Shown: positions 17,090-26,175, counted from the stretch's first letter. The stretch: 64,000 nt of DNA from Bacillota bacterium (GCA_014896375.1 JADBKN010000020.1:16263-80262), one strand, 5' to 3'. Translations and numbers: made by a program. Notes: a model not told the origin generated them from the sequence alone.

Positions 17090-18913
17090 TCACGCGCCCA
17101 GGCGGGCCAGCGCCCGCTCCGGGTACAGGTCCAGTGCGGTAAACCAGCGTTGCAGCGCGCGGATGCGCTCCGCCTCCGCGGTGGGAAGGCCGAACGGCCG
17201 GCGGCCGCGCGCGTCGAGGATGATGCCGACGACGCCGCCCTCCAGCCGCGTGCGCACCGTGGCGCCCGGGCCGGCGCCCAGGTGGAGGCCGCGGCCGGGG
17301 CGCAGCTCGGCCTCCGCCGCGGCGCCCACGGGCAGCGGCACGAGGCGGATCTCGCCGTACTCCAGCGTCTCCTGGCGCACGGAGCCGTCCGGCAGGCGGA
17401 GGGAGGCCTCCAGCGCCGGGCCGCCGCCGCGCGGCGGCTCGCCGGCCGGCGCGACCACCGTGCCCAGGCGGATGAGGCAGTCCTTTTCGAAGACCTGCGC
17501 CGCCGCCTCCGGGTTGACGGTGGAGAGCACTCCCAGCTGGGGCATCATGAAGATGCTGTCCACGGCCAGCTCCGTCACGCCCTCCGGCTGGAAGGCGTCG
17601 ATCATCATGAGGGCCGCCTGCACGCGCCGCGGCGCATGGGAGAGCACGCCGCCGGAGCCGATGAGAAGGTTGAGCTTCATGAGGTCGATGAGCGTCTGGC
17701 CGGACATCTGGTAGTCGAAGACGTCGCCCAGGTCCCGTTGCTGGCGCACGCCCTTGAGCCCCACGGCGAGGGTCTTGTGGTGCTCGAAGGCGAGGCGCAA
17801 CGCCTCCCGCGCCACGGCCTGCTCGATCATGAGGTCCTCGAGCGTCTGCGGGATGCTGGTGGGGCGGATCATCTTGTTGCGGATGCGGTTGCGCAGCGCC
17901 GCCTCGTCGATGCGGAAGGGCAGCCAGCGCATGATGTTCGCCACGCCGGCCTCCAGCAGCACATTGGCCATGGAGTAGCTCATGCCCAGGTTCGCGCTCA
18001 CCGTGCGGTTGAAGGTGCCGTCAAAGACCGAGAAGACGTCCGTCGTGGCGCCGCCGATGTCGACGCCGATGACGTGGATGCCGCGCTCGCGCGCCACGGT
18101 CTCGATGAGGAGCCCCACGGCCCCAGGGGTAGGCATGATCGGCGCCGCCGTCCAGGCCATAAGCTTGCTGTAGCCCGGCGCCTGCGCCATGACGTGCTCC
18201 ATGAAGAGGTTGTGGATCTCCTCCCGCGCGGGGCCGAGCCGCTCCTCCTCCAGAACGGGACGGAGGTTGTCGACGATGCGCAGGTCCACCACGTCGCCCA
18301 GCGTGCGGCGCACGTGCTCCCGCGCGTCGCGGTTGCCGGCGTAGATCACCGGCAGCTTGAAGGTGTGGCCGAGGCGGGGCCGCGGCTCGGCCGCCTTGAG
18401 GAGTTCCGCCATCTCCACGACGTGCGTGATCGTGCCGCCGTCGACGCCGCCGGAGAGGAGGATCATGTCCGGGCGCAGCGCGCGGATGCGCTGGATCTTC
18501 TCATGCGGCTTGCGGCCGTCGTCGATGCTGATCGCGTCCATGACGATCGCCCCGGCGCCCAGCGCCGCCCGCTGCGCGCTCTCCGTGGTCATGGACTTGA
18601 CGACGCCCGCCACCATCATCTGCAGGCCGCCGCCGGCGCTCGACGTGGAGAAGTAGGCGTCGACGCCGCTGCCGTCGGCCGCGCGCGGCGTGCGGATGCC
18701 GTCCTCGCTGAGGATGCGCCGGCCGGCCAGCTCCTCCACCTCGCGCACAGCGTTGCGCACGCCCACCGTGACGTCCTCGAAGGGCGCCTCGACGGTCGTG
18801 GGTGCCTCGCCGCGGACGACGAGACGGTACTCGCCCTGCACCTTCTCGATGAGAATCGCTTTGGTCGTGGTGCTGCCACAGTCCGTGGCCAGAATCGCTT
18901 CGATCTCCGCCAC
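17090..18913 (-). CDS. GlmL/MutL-like ASKHA-superfamily ATPase, copy B (607 aa)
   Basis: ILATDCGSTTTKAILI (phosphate-1), GVDIGGATTDVFS (phosphate-2) and LIGSGGVLSHAP (adenosine motif). Overall layout resembles glutamate-mutase GlmL/MutL, with an extra ~140-aa C-terminal extension. Confidence 0.85.
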   Translation of the reverse strand: MAEIEAILATDCGSTTTKAILIEKVQGEYRLVVRGEAPTTVEAPFEDVTVGVRNAVREVEELAGRRILSEDGIRTPRAADGSGVDAYFSTSSAGGGLQMMVAGVVKSMTTESAQRAALGAGAIVMDAISIDDGRKPHEKIQRIRALRPDMILLSGGVDGGTITHVVEMAELLKAAEPRPRLGHTFKLPVIYAGNRDAREHVRRTLGDVVDLRIVDNLRPVLEEERLGPAREEIHNLFMEHVMAQAPGYSKLMAWTAAPIMPTPGAVGLLIETVARERGIHVIGVDIGGATTDVFSVFDGTFNRTVSANLGMSYSMANVLLEAGVANIMRWLPFRIDEAALRNRIRNKMIRPTSIPQTLEDLMIEQAVAREALRLAFEHHKTLAVGLKGVRQQRDLGDVFDYQMSGQTLIDLMKLNLLIGSGGVLSHAPRRVQAALMMIDAFQPEGVTELAVDSIFMMPQLGVLSTVNPEAAAQVFEKDCLIRLGTVVAPAGEPPRGGGPALEASLRLPDGSVRQETLEYGEIRLVPLPVGAAAEAELRPGRGLHLGAGPGATVRTRLEGGVVGIILDARGRRPFGLPTAEAERIRALQRWFTALDLYPERALARLGA

Positions 18914-18931
18914 CCCCCGTGAGTGCGGCCG

Positions 18932-19318
18932 CTACGCCTTGGCGCGGCCGAAGGGCCACCAGCGCCGGCGGCGCGCCGGCCGCTCCCGCTGGAGCCGCTC
19001 GTTCTCCTCGCGCGCCGCCTTCTCCACGCGCTGGATGAAGAGTTCGATGTTGCGCTCGTCCTCAAGGAGATAGCCGATTTCCTGCCCGATCTTGCCGCCG
19101 CCCAAGATGTCGATGTACGGCGCGGCGAAATGGGCCATCTGGCCGAAGATGAAGTTCATCGGCTTGAAGCTCTCCGCCAGGATGATGGCGGGCGTATAGA
19201 GGCCCCACCGCTGGATCTTTTGCAGCGCCCAGTCGATGATCTCGTCCCGCCGCTCCGGCGTGAGCTCGGGCTCGTCCGGGTCGCGCGGCATGCGCGGCAT
19301 CCCCTGCGGCGCAGGCAT
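18932..19318 (-). CDS. small hypothetical protein B (128 aa), paralog of 19343..19684
   Basis: SD GAAGGAGGAG upstream. Shares the core AIILAESFKPMNFIFGQMAHFAAPYIDIL with its neighbour (AILAAETVKPVAWMLAQGVHFFTPHLDIL). Has a charged C-terminal tail. Confidence 0.75.
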   Translation of the reverse strand: MPAPQGMPRMPRDPDEPELTPERRDEIIDWALQKIQRWGLYTPAIILAESFKPMNFIFGQMAHFAAPYIDILGGGKIGQEIGYLLEDERNIELFIQRVEKAAREENERLQRERPARRRRWWPFGRAKA

Positions 19319-19342
19319 CCGTGAACTCCTCCTTCGCTCGCA

Positions 19343-19684
19343 TCAATCCGGGTCTCGACCGTCCGCGCCGGACGTCCCCGGCTTGCGCCCGGAGCCGCGC
19401 CGGCGCGCGCTCGCCTCCATGGACCGGATGAACGCCTCCAGGCGCTCCGGGTCTTCCAGAAACCCGGCGAAGGCCTGCACGTTCCGCTCCCTCAGGCCGC
19501 CGTGCAGGTAGGAGAGGATGTCGAGGTGCGGCGTGAAGAAGTGCACCCCCTGCGCCAGCATCCAGGCGACGGGCTTCACCGTCTCCGCCGCGAGGATGGC
19601 CGGCACCTCCATCCCCCGCTCCCTCAGCCAGCGGCCGAGGCGCGCCTCGATCCGGTCCTCCTGCGGAAGTTCTTCGTCCTTCAT
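19343..19684 (-). CDS. small hypothetical protein A (113 aa), paralog of 18932..19318
   Basis: Start trimmed to MKDEELPQ, preceded by GGGAGG. Same conserved core as small protein B. Confidence 0.72.
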   Translation of the reverse strand: MKDEELPQEDRIEARLGRWLRERGMEVPAILAAETVKPVAWMLAQGVHFFTPHLDILSYLHGGLRERNVQAFAGFLEDPERLEAFIRSMEASARRRGSGRKPGTSGADGRDPD

Positions 19685-19747
19685 GCGCCCGCCTCCCGCC
19701 CGAAGGTTGCCCCGGGCCGGCAAAAGTTACCGCGGGCGCAAAAGACC

Positions 19748-21097
19748 TCAGAAGAGCTCCACGTTCTTGCGCGGCACCACCACCACGCCGCTCTCCGTCT
19801 CCACCTCCACCACCGGCACGCGCGCCTCCGTCTCGATCTGCCGGTCCTCGCGCGGCAGCGAGACGATCGTGCCAATGGCGCCGAAGTACGGCTCGTTGAT
19901 GATGCGCACGCGCTGGCCCACGGCCAGGTCCTCGTCCGCGACGGCGACCTCCCCCGCCGGACCCTCGTGGTCGAGGAACGGCACCACGATCTCCGGCCGG
20001 ATGGCTCCGGCGCGCACCTGGGTGGCGCCGTTGATCGAAGCGCGGCGCCCCTCCAGCGCCTTCAGCGCGCGGAAGGCCTGCTCCCGCATGGCGAGGGAGC
20101 CGAAGCCCTCCATGAGGATCACCGTCATGTCGATGTCCTCCTGCCCGGTGATGCCCACGCCGAGCTTCACTCCCATAGAGCGCACGAGGTTCAGGTAGTG
20201 CGCCGTGCCGGCGATCACCCCGGCGCAGCCGACCTGCAACGCCTTCGCGAGCGCCTCGTCCGTCGCCTGTGCCCCGCCCACGATGATCTGGCCCTTGCAG
20301 GACTCGTCGATCAGGTCCGGCGTGAGCGGCTGGTCCGGCCGTTCCGTGAGCACGCGCAGCACGCCGTGCCGCTCGCCCCCCAGGCCGAAGATGCCCGTGA
20401 CGCGGACGGCCGGCGCCTCCACGACGACGCCGCGCCCTTCGATCTTCTCCACCACCGTGCCCTCGATGTAGGCGCGCACGACGACTTCCTTGAACGGGCG
20501 GGCGATCGTCACGTGGCCGGTCTGCTCGTTGACCTCCGCGATGACGCCTGAGATGGGGGCGTAGCAGCACTTCGTGAAGAAGGCGGACGTCTCGCCCTTC
20601 TTGGCGATCATCGCGCCCTTCTTCACCTCCTGGCCGACCTTCACCACCATGTGCTGCGGCACCTCGCGCGGCCGGCAGCCGATCTCGAAGGCCACGTCCA
20701 CCTTCACGGGCGGCTCCTCGCGGCCGAACTCCTCCCGGATGACGACGCGGCCCGACTTGGCGGAGATGTCCTCGACCACGCCGTCGATCGGGCACTCGTA
20801 CTCCTTCTGGCCGTAGAGCCCCGTGGAGAGGCCGCGCGCGATGACCTGCTTGGCCTTGACGCGATCGCCCACCTTGACCAGCATGGCCTGCGGCAGCTGC
20901 TCGGGCTGCACGCCGACGAGCCGCGCCACCGGCACCACCCAGGGGATGCCCGGCCGCAGCGCGATGCGCGCCACCGGCTGGTCGGGCTGGACGCGCTCGC
21001 CGACGTCGACCAGCACCTCGCCCGGCAGCGGCAGGCGGCGCAGCTTCCGCAGGCGGACGATCGGATAATCAGCGACCGAATAGGCGGAAGCGGGCAC
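19748..21097 (-). CDS. uncharacterised partner protein A (449 aa; barrel-sandwich-like N-terminus, KOW/SH3-like C-terminus)
   Basis: Paralog of 15904..17076 with an extra N-terminal insertion. The N-terminus MPASAYS aligns with MASAYT of copy B, which supports the 29-nt overlap with the GlmL-like A 3' end. Confidence 0.85.
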   Translation of the reverse strand: MPASAYSVADYPIVRLRKLRRLPLPGEVLVDVGERVQPDQPVARIALRPGIPWVVPVARLVGVQPEQLPQAMLVKVGDRVKAKQVIARGLSTGLYGQKEYECPIDGVVEDISAKSGRVVIREEFGREEPPVKVDVAFEIGCRPREVPQHMVVKVGQEVKKGAMIAKKGETSAFFTKCCYAPISGVIAEVNEQTGHVTIARPFKEVVVRAYIEGTVVEKIEGRGVVVEAPAVRVTGIFGLGGERHGVLRVLTERPDQPLTPDLIDESCKGQIIVGGAQATDEALAKALQVGCAGVIAGTAHYLNLVRSMGVKLGVGITGQEDIDMTVILMEGFGSLAMREQAFRALKALEGRRASINGATQVRAGAIRPEIVVPFLDHEGPAGEVAVADEDLAVGQRVRIINEPYFGAIGTIVSLPREDRQIETEARVPVVEVETESGVVVVPRKNVELF

Positions 21098-22982
21098 GCT
21101 TGGGCTCCTCCTTCGCCTGGACGGCCGGGCCGCCCAGGGGATTCTCGCGCTGGTAACGCTCCAGCACGTCCAGCGGGTAGGCGTTCATGGCCGCGATCCA
21201 GCTCGTCAGCTTGGCCACGCGCTCGGACGTGGAGGTGGGGACCTCGATCGGCCGGCCGCGGCCGTCGAAGATCAGCCCCACGAGGCCGCCGTGCACCTCG
21301 GCCTCCAGCGGCTTGCCCGGCCCGGCGCCGACATCGAAGCCGCGCTGCGGCACGAGCGCCACGCGCGCCTTCTGCCCGACCGGCAGCTCCACGCGCCGGA
21401 TCTCCCCGTAGTTCAGGTCGAAGCTCTCCTTGCGCCCGTCCGCGAACGTCACCGTCACCTGGCAGGCGGGGCGGCCGTCCCGTCCCCTGCCGACCGGCGC
21501 GATGCACGTGCCGAGGCGCACGAGGCAGTCGCGGTCGAAGACCTCCGCCGCGATCTCCGGGTGCACGGAGGCGAGCACGCCGAGATGCGGTGTCATGAAG
21601 ACGCTGTCCACGGCCAGCTGCGTGATGCCCTCGGGTTCGAAGGCGTCCATCAGCATGAGCGCCGCCTGCTCGCGCCGCGGCGCGTGGGAGAGCACGCCGC
21701 CGGAGCCGAGGAGGATGTCGAGGTCCATCATTTTGATGATCTCGACGCCCTCCGAGCGGCTGACGGTGTCCGCCTTCGAGGACCAGGCGCCGAGCCCGCG
21801 CTCCTCCTGCTCCACCTTGCGCGCGAGGCTCTTGTGGTGCACGAAGGACAGCCGCAGCGCCTCCCGCGCGAGCGCCTGCTCAAGGATGAGCTGGTGCAGC
21901 GTCTGCGGGATGGCCGTGGGGCGGACCATCTTGTTGCTCACCCAGTCCGCGAACGCCTCCTCGTCGATGGCGAACGGCACCCAGCGCTGGACGTTGGCGA
22001 AGCCGGCCTCCTCGTAAACGTTTGTGATGCTGTAGCTCATGCCCAGGTTGGCGCTCACCGTGCGCGTGAACGTGCCGCCGAAGTCCGAGAAGACGTCCGT
22101 GGTGGCGCCGCCGATGTCCACGCCCACGATGTTCGCGCCATAGTCCCGCGCCATGACCTGGATGATGTGCCCCACCGCGCCCGGGGTGGGCATGATCGTG
22201 GCGTCGACCCACTCCATGAGCTCGCCGTACCCCGGCGCCTGCGCCATCACGTGGTTCATGAAGAGGTCGTGGATGGCCTCGCGCGCCGGCCCGAGGTTTT
22301 CCAGGTCGTGACGCGGCCGCAGGTTCGGCACGAGGTGCACTTCGAGATCCGGCTCCAAGATGGACTGCACCATGTCCTGCGCGTCCTTATTGCCGGCGTA
22401 CACCACCGGCAGGCGGAACGTGGAGCCGAAGCGCGGCTGGGGGTTGGCCTGGACGATCGTCTCCGCCAGCGCCGCGAGGTACTGCACAGAGCCGCCGTCC
22501 ACGCCGCCGGAGAGCAGGATGATGTCCGGCCGCAGCTGCGTGATGCGCGTGATCTGCTCCGAGGTGGAACGGCCGTCGTCGACGGCGATGACGTCGAGCA
22601 CCACCGCGCCGGCGCCGAGCGCCGCACGGTGCGCGCTGGACGCGCTGATGTTGCTCACGAGCCCCGCGACCATCATCTGCAGGCCGCCGCCCGCGCTGGA
22701 CGTCGACACGTATAAGTCCACACCCTCATCACCGCGCTTAGGACGGATCAGCCGACCGTCCGCGCCGAGGATGCGGCGGCCTGTCACCTCTTCCACCCGG
22801 CGGATGGCCTTGCGCACGCCGATCATGACGTTCTCCCACGGCGCCTCCACCGTGGTCTGCATCTCGCCGCGCGCCACCAGCCGATACTCGTCGCCGACCT
22901 TCTCGATGAGGATGGCTTTGGTCGTCGTGCTGCCCACGTCCGTCGCCAGGATCGACGCCGGCGGACGCGAGGTCTGCGTCAT
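21069..22982 (-). CDS. GlmL/MutL-like ASKHA-superfamily ATPase, copy A (637 aa)
   Basis: ILATDVGSTTTKAILI, GVDIGGATTDVFS and LLGSGGVLSHAP. Collinear with copy B along its whole length. SD GGAAGGAGGGG upstream. Confidence 0.85.
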   Translation of the reverse strand: MTQTSRPPASILATDVGSTTTKAILIEKVGDEYRLVARGEMQTTVEAPWENVMIGVRKAIRRVEEVTGRRILGADGRLIRPKRGDEGVDLYVSTSSAGGGLQMMVAGLVSNISASSAHRAALGAGAVVLDVIAVDDGRSTSEQITRITQLRPDIILLSGGVDGGSVQYLAALAETIVQANPQPRFGSTFRLPVVYAGNKDAQDMVQSILEPDLEVHLVPNLRPRHDLENLGPAREAIHDLFMNHVMAQAPGYGELMEWVDATIMPTPGAVGHIIQVMARDYGANIVGVDIGGATTDVFSDFGGTFTRTVSANLGMSYSITNVYEEAGFANVQRWVPFAIDEEAFADWVSNKMVRPTAIPQTLHQLILEQALAREALRLSFVHHKSLARKVEQEERGLGAWSSKADTVSRSEGVEIIKMMDLDILLGSGGVLSHAPRREQAALMLMDAFEPEGITQLAVDSVFMTPHLGVLASVHPEIAAEVFDRDCLVRLGTCIAPVGRGRDGRPACQVTVTFADGRKESFDLNYGEIRRVELPVGQKARVALVPQRGFDVGAGPGKPLEAEVHGGLVGLIFDGRGRPIEVPTSTSERVAKLTSWIAAMNAYPLDVLERYQRENPLGGPAVQAKEEPKRARFRLFGR

Positions 22983-23024
22983 GAGAGCCCCTCCTTCCAG
23001 AATATTCCCCCGCGATATAGAAGA

Positions 23025-23051
23025 GGGGCCCGCGTCCCGGACCCGGGCCCC
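23025..23051 (-). terminator. GC hairpin plus U-rich tract between the membrane-gene block and the ATPase block (weak terminator or processing site)
   Basis: Minus strand reads GGGGCCCG-loop-CGGGCCCC followed by UCUUCUAUAU. It sits inside the 97-nt gap 22983..23079. Confidence 0.35.
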
Positions 23052-23079
23052 CCAATCCCCCGCTGGACTTCAGGCCGGT

Positions 23080-23709
23080 CTAGCCTCCGGCCAGGTGCAG
23101 CCAGTCTCCCAGGATGTAGTGCATGCGGGCGTAGAACAGGTTGTAGCGGTAGAGCACCGTGTTGCCGAACGCGGCGCCTAGGGCGACCATGATCGCCCAG
23201 CGGCCCAACCAGACGCCGCCCTTCATCACCGGGTTGGCATCGCGCCGGATGGTGAAGAAGAAGTACATCACCGTGCCGAGCAGCGTCAGCAGGAGGATCC
23301 AGTTGTTGATCGTGCCGGAGACGCTGTCCGTCCAGAGATCGTAGAACGAGTTCGTCAGCTGGCCGATGAACACGGCGGGCGTGAAGCCCAGCACGTAGCC
23401 CGCGCCCCAGCCGAGCGCCAGAGAGAGCGGATAGCGCGCCACCCAGGCGATCGACGGGATGTAGCGGGTATACACCAAGAGGCCCGCGATGATCGGGATG
23501 ATGTACACCCATTGCCCCGCCGCCAGGCTGTCCTTGTTGCCGGTGAACGTCGGCCAGATGTACGTGTGCCAGTAGTAGCCGATCGACCAGCCGTAGGCCA
23601 GGCCGATGTAGATGTGCTGGATCAGCTCCCAGATCGGGTTCTGGTGATCCGCGAGGTACGTCCACACGGCGATCGTGCAGATCGCCCCCGCGAGAATGCC
23701 CCAGTCCAT
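23080..23709 (-). CDS. integral membrane protein, unknown family (209 aa, about 6 hydrophobic segments)
   Basis: Trp/Tyr-rich hydrophobic protein (GILAGAICTIAVWTYL...WVYIIPIIAGLLVY...ILLLTLLGTVMYFFF). Codon usage is coherent, and GC is lower than in its neighbours. Confidence 0.8.
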   Translation of the reverse strand: MDWGILAGAICTIAVWTYLADHQNPIWELIQHIYIGLAYGWSIGYYWHTYIWPTFTGNKDSLAAGQWVYIIPIIAGLLVYTRYIPSIAWVARYPLSLALGWGAGYVLGFTPAVFIGQLTNSFYDLWTDSVSGTINNWILLLTLLGTVMYFFFTIRRDANPVMKGGVWLGRWAIMVALGAAFGNTVLYRYNLFYARMHYILGDWLHLAGG

Positions 23710-23749
23710 TGCGTCACCTCCTCCAGCCAGACTGGCCGGCGCCGACCGC

Positions 23750-24580
23750 CTAGGCCGCCTTCTTGCGCGTGGTCAGCCAGGCGACGTTCGCCAGCACGAT
23801 GAGCAGCGTCACGTAGATCGCGGCCAGCGACTGGCCGTCCTGCTGGGCCGCAGCCGCGCCCGGATGGCCGACGAGCTGCTCGTACTCCGCCGCGCCGCGG
23901 GAGCCGGCGAGCATGGCCGCGAACTGGCCGGACGCCACATACGGCTTGTTCTGCGCCACGGACATGGTGATGGAACCCACGAGCAGCGGGATGCCGGTCG
24001 GCTGGGACACGTACGGCAGCCACGCGTCACCCGCGCCCGGCGAGCCGATGTCCGCCGCGAAGATCGCCGCCACGTGGTCCTTGTCCACCTTGGGCAGGTC
24101 CTTCATGATCGGGAACTGATCGAGCGACTGGCCCGTCTGGTCGACGTTCTTGGCCGCCGAGATGAGGTCCTGCGTGATCAGCTGGTACGTCGTCGAGCTG
24201 CCCGGCTTGTAGCCGATGTTGATCCAGTCGACGCCGTACTTCTTGCCCATCTCCTTGGCGACCTGGTCGATCGCCTGCCCCGCCAGCTTCGGCCCGTTCA
24301 CCCAGGCGGCGTCAAAGACGGCCAGCCGCAGGTTGTGGGCGAAGGCCTGGTAGGCGAGGGCCTTGACCATCGGCGTGATCTCGCCCTGCGCGCCGATGTC
24401 GTACGAGGCGCCGACGAGGATGATCGAGCCTTCGGGCAACTTCTGGATCGTGTCGTAGAACTTCTGCGTATCCGGGCTCACCGTGATGGGCAGGCCCAGG
24501 GGATGGATGATGACCGCGCCGATGATGATGAAGATGATGGCCCAGATCCAGCGCCGGTCGATGTCAAGCGCCCATTCCAT
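23750..24580 (-). CDS. membrane-anchored protein with a large soluble alpha/beta-like domain and a C-terminal TM segment, unknown family (276 aa)
   Basis: N-terminal TM WIWAIIFIIIGAVIIHPL, a ~200-aa soluble region, and a C-terminal TM LAAIYVTLLIVLANVAWL followed by TTRKKAA. Confidence 0.8.
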   Translation of the reverse strand: MEWALDIDRRWIWAIIFIIIGAVIIHPLGLPITVSPDTQKFYDTIQKLPEGSIILVGASYDIGAQGEITPMVKALAYQAFAHNLRLAVFDAAWVNGPKLAGQAIDQVAKEMGKKYGVDWINIGYKPGSSTTYQLITQDLISAAKNVDQTGQSLDQFPIMKDLPKVDKDHVAAIFAADIGSPGAGDAWLPYVSQPTGIPLLVGSITMSVAQNKPYVASGQFAAMLAGSRGAAEYEQLVGHPGAAAAQQDGQSLAAIYVTLLIVLANVAWLTTRKKAA

Positions 24581-24630
24581 GCAGCGACACCTCCTTCCTC
24601 GATCGCTTCATCGCCTGCACGAGTGAGATC

Positions 24631-25254
24631 TCACTGGCCAGCACCGCCAAGGTGGGCCCGCTCCAGACCCAAGAGGATGCGCAGCGCCACGGCGAAGCTG
24701 CCCAGGTAGGCGCCCAGGGCGATGCCGCGCATCGCCGACGAGTTCGGCACATCCATGAACCAGCGCGCGACGTTGTTCCAGCCGTGGATGAGGGTGTCGC
24801 CGATCGGCGCCACGCCGAGCATGACGATGACGGCGGTGATCATCAGCACGGTGGCCTCACGCGTGCGCACGCGGAACGCGCGGTACGCGGCCGACGTGAT
24901 GAAGAACGCCAGCAGCGCGAAGATCGTCGCGTCCGTCGGGTTCAGGATGTTGTTGTAGATCCAGTTGGCCTGCGGGCCTTCCACCGTCTGCTGGATGGTC
25001 AGGATGCCGTACCCGTACATGCAGATCAGCAGGATGAGGCTGTAGATCCACTTGGAACGGCGCCGCTGGATGTTCTTGCCGTGGACGATCGTCAGGCTGA
25101 CGACGCCCAAGAGGAAGAACATCGCATACATGACCTGGTACATCCGGTTGGCGGTGGTGAACCAGCCGAGCTGGTCGACGGCGAAGAGGTACTTCGCCAC
25201 GATGACGAAGAGGCCCGCGAGGACCGTCAGGATCATGGGGATTTCTTTCCGCAT
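24631..25254 (-). CDS. integral membrane protein, unknown family (207 aa, about 5-6 hydrophobic segments)
   Basis: SD GAGGGAGGTG 5 nt before ATG 25254. Hydrophobic segments include ILTVLAGLFVIVAKYLF, MYAMFFLLGVVSLTIV, IYSLILLICMYGYGIL and IFALLAFFITSAAY. Confidence 0.8.
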   Translation of the reverse strand: MRKEIPMILTVLAGLFVIVAKYLFAVDQLGWFTTANRMYQVMYAMFFLLGVVSLTIVHGKNIQRRRSKWIYSLILLICMYGYGILTIQQTVEGPQANWIYNNILNPTDATIFALLAFFITSAAYRAFRVRTREATVLMITAVIVMLGVAPIGDTLIHGWNNVARWFMDVPNSSAMRGIALGAYLGSFAVALRILLGLERAHLGGAGQ

Positions 25255-25302
25255 CCGTACACCTCCCTCTTCAGGGGACGGTGCGCGCCAGCGCCAGCCT
25301 TC

Positions 25303-26130
25303 CTAGCTCTTCAGGAACGTCGCCAGGAAGTTGTTGCTGCTGAACGTGGCCACGAGCGTCCCGAGGATGATCACGGCGAAGAGAAGGAACTTGTAGAAGT
25401 CCTCGCCGACGACCGTGCCGGTGAGGATCGGTTCCTTCGAGATGTAGGCGCTGGCGGCGTAGATCTCCTCGCCGATCAGCGCGTAATCGCAGCCGGCCAC
25501 GAAGAACGGCAGCTGGGACGTCGACGCCGTGCCGCCGACCTGGATGGCCCCGGCCAGCGCGCCGGCCTCGATGAAGATCATCGCCTCCGCGAAGAACGGG
25601 CCGCCGAAGAGGATCTGCGCGGCCGGCTTCTCCGCCGCGAGGATCTCCAGGACGCCGGCGACGTACGCGAACTGCCAGTCCGTGATGAAGCGGACGTCGT
25701 CCGGGTTGAAGGCGTCCGGGCGTCCAGCCTCCAGGTAGGCCTGGCGGATGATCTCCTCGTTGATCGCGTACACGACGACGTCGGGGACGGTGTTGATGAG
25801 GCGGGTGTCGTACCGGGCGCACGTCTTGGCGACATGGCCGAGCACCGGGAACGAGGCGATGGTCTGCGGATCCGTGATTCCCGGCAGGCCCATCGTGTAG
25901 TGCACCGGGCGGCCCATCTCCGTGGCGCGGCCCACGGCCTCCTCCAGCGCCTCCAGGCCCGCGATCTTGTGGATCTCCCGTACCGCCTGGCCGGCCCGGG
26001 CGCGGTTGATCATGACGTATACCAGGATGGCGAAGATGAGCACGGCGATGAACGCGCCCGCCTGGCCCGGGACGAAGATGCCCCACACGGGCGACTTGGC
26101 CTCAGCCGCGAGCAGGGAGAGGAATCCCAT
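25303..26130 (-). CDS. membrane protein, unknown family (275 aa; TM segments at both ends flanking a soluble region)
   Basis: Start trimmed to MGFLSLL (ATG 26130), 6 nt after GGAGGTG. TM segments are AGAFIAVLIFAILVYVMI and FLLFAVIILGTLVATF. First gene after the promoter-like element. Confidence 0.8.
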   Translation of the reverse strand: MGFLSLLAAEAKSPVWGIFVPGQAGAFIAVLIFAILVYVMINRARAGQAVREIHKIAGLEALEEAVGRATEMGRPVHYTMGLPGITDPQTIASFPVLGHVAKTCARYDTRLINTVPDVVVYAINEEIIRQAYLEAGRPDAFNPDDVRFITDWQFAYVAGVLEILAAEKPAAQILFGGPFFAEAMIFIEAGALAGAIQVGGTASTSQLPFFVAGCDYALIGEEIYAASAYISKEPILTGTVVGEDFYKFLLFAVIILGTLVATFSSNNFLATFLKS

Positions 26131-26153
26131 GCTTCTCACCTCCTCTCTTTCTT

Positions 26154-26175
26154 AAAGAGGGCACCCGCCCTCTTT
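26154..26175 (-). promoter_or_regulatory. 9-bp-stem hairpin in the 5' UTR immediately upstream of the SD of gene 25303..26130
   Basis: AAAGAGGGC-GGGU-GCCCUCUUU on the minus strand, followed by AAGAAAGAGAGGAGGUGAGAAGCAUG. Confidence 0.45.

Noticed and set aside
17090-22982. Annotating the GlmL/MutL-like genes as part of a glutamate mutase (methylaspartate) pathway
   Set aside because: No mutase S/E subunits, methylaspartate ammonia-lyase, other B12 enzymes or cobalamin genes are present in the window. The proteins are ~150 aa longer than canonical GlmL and have dedicated partners, so I claim only superfamily-level similarity.
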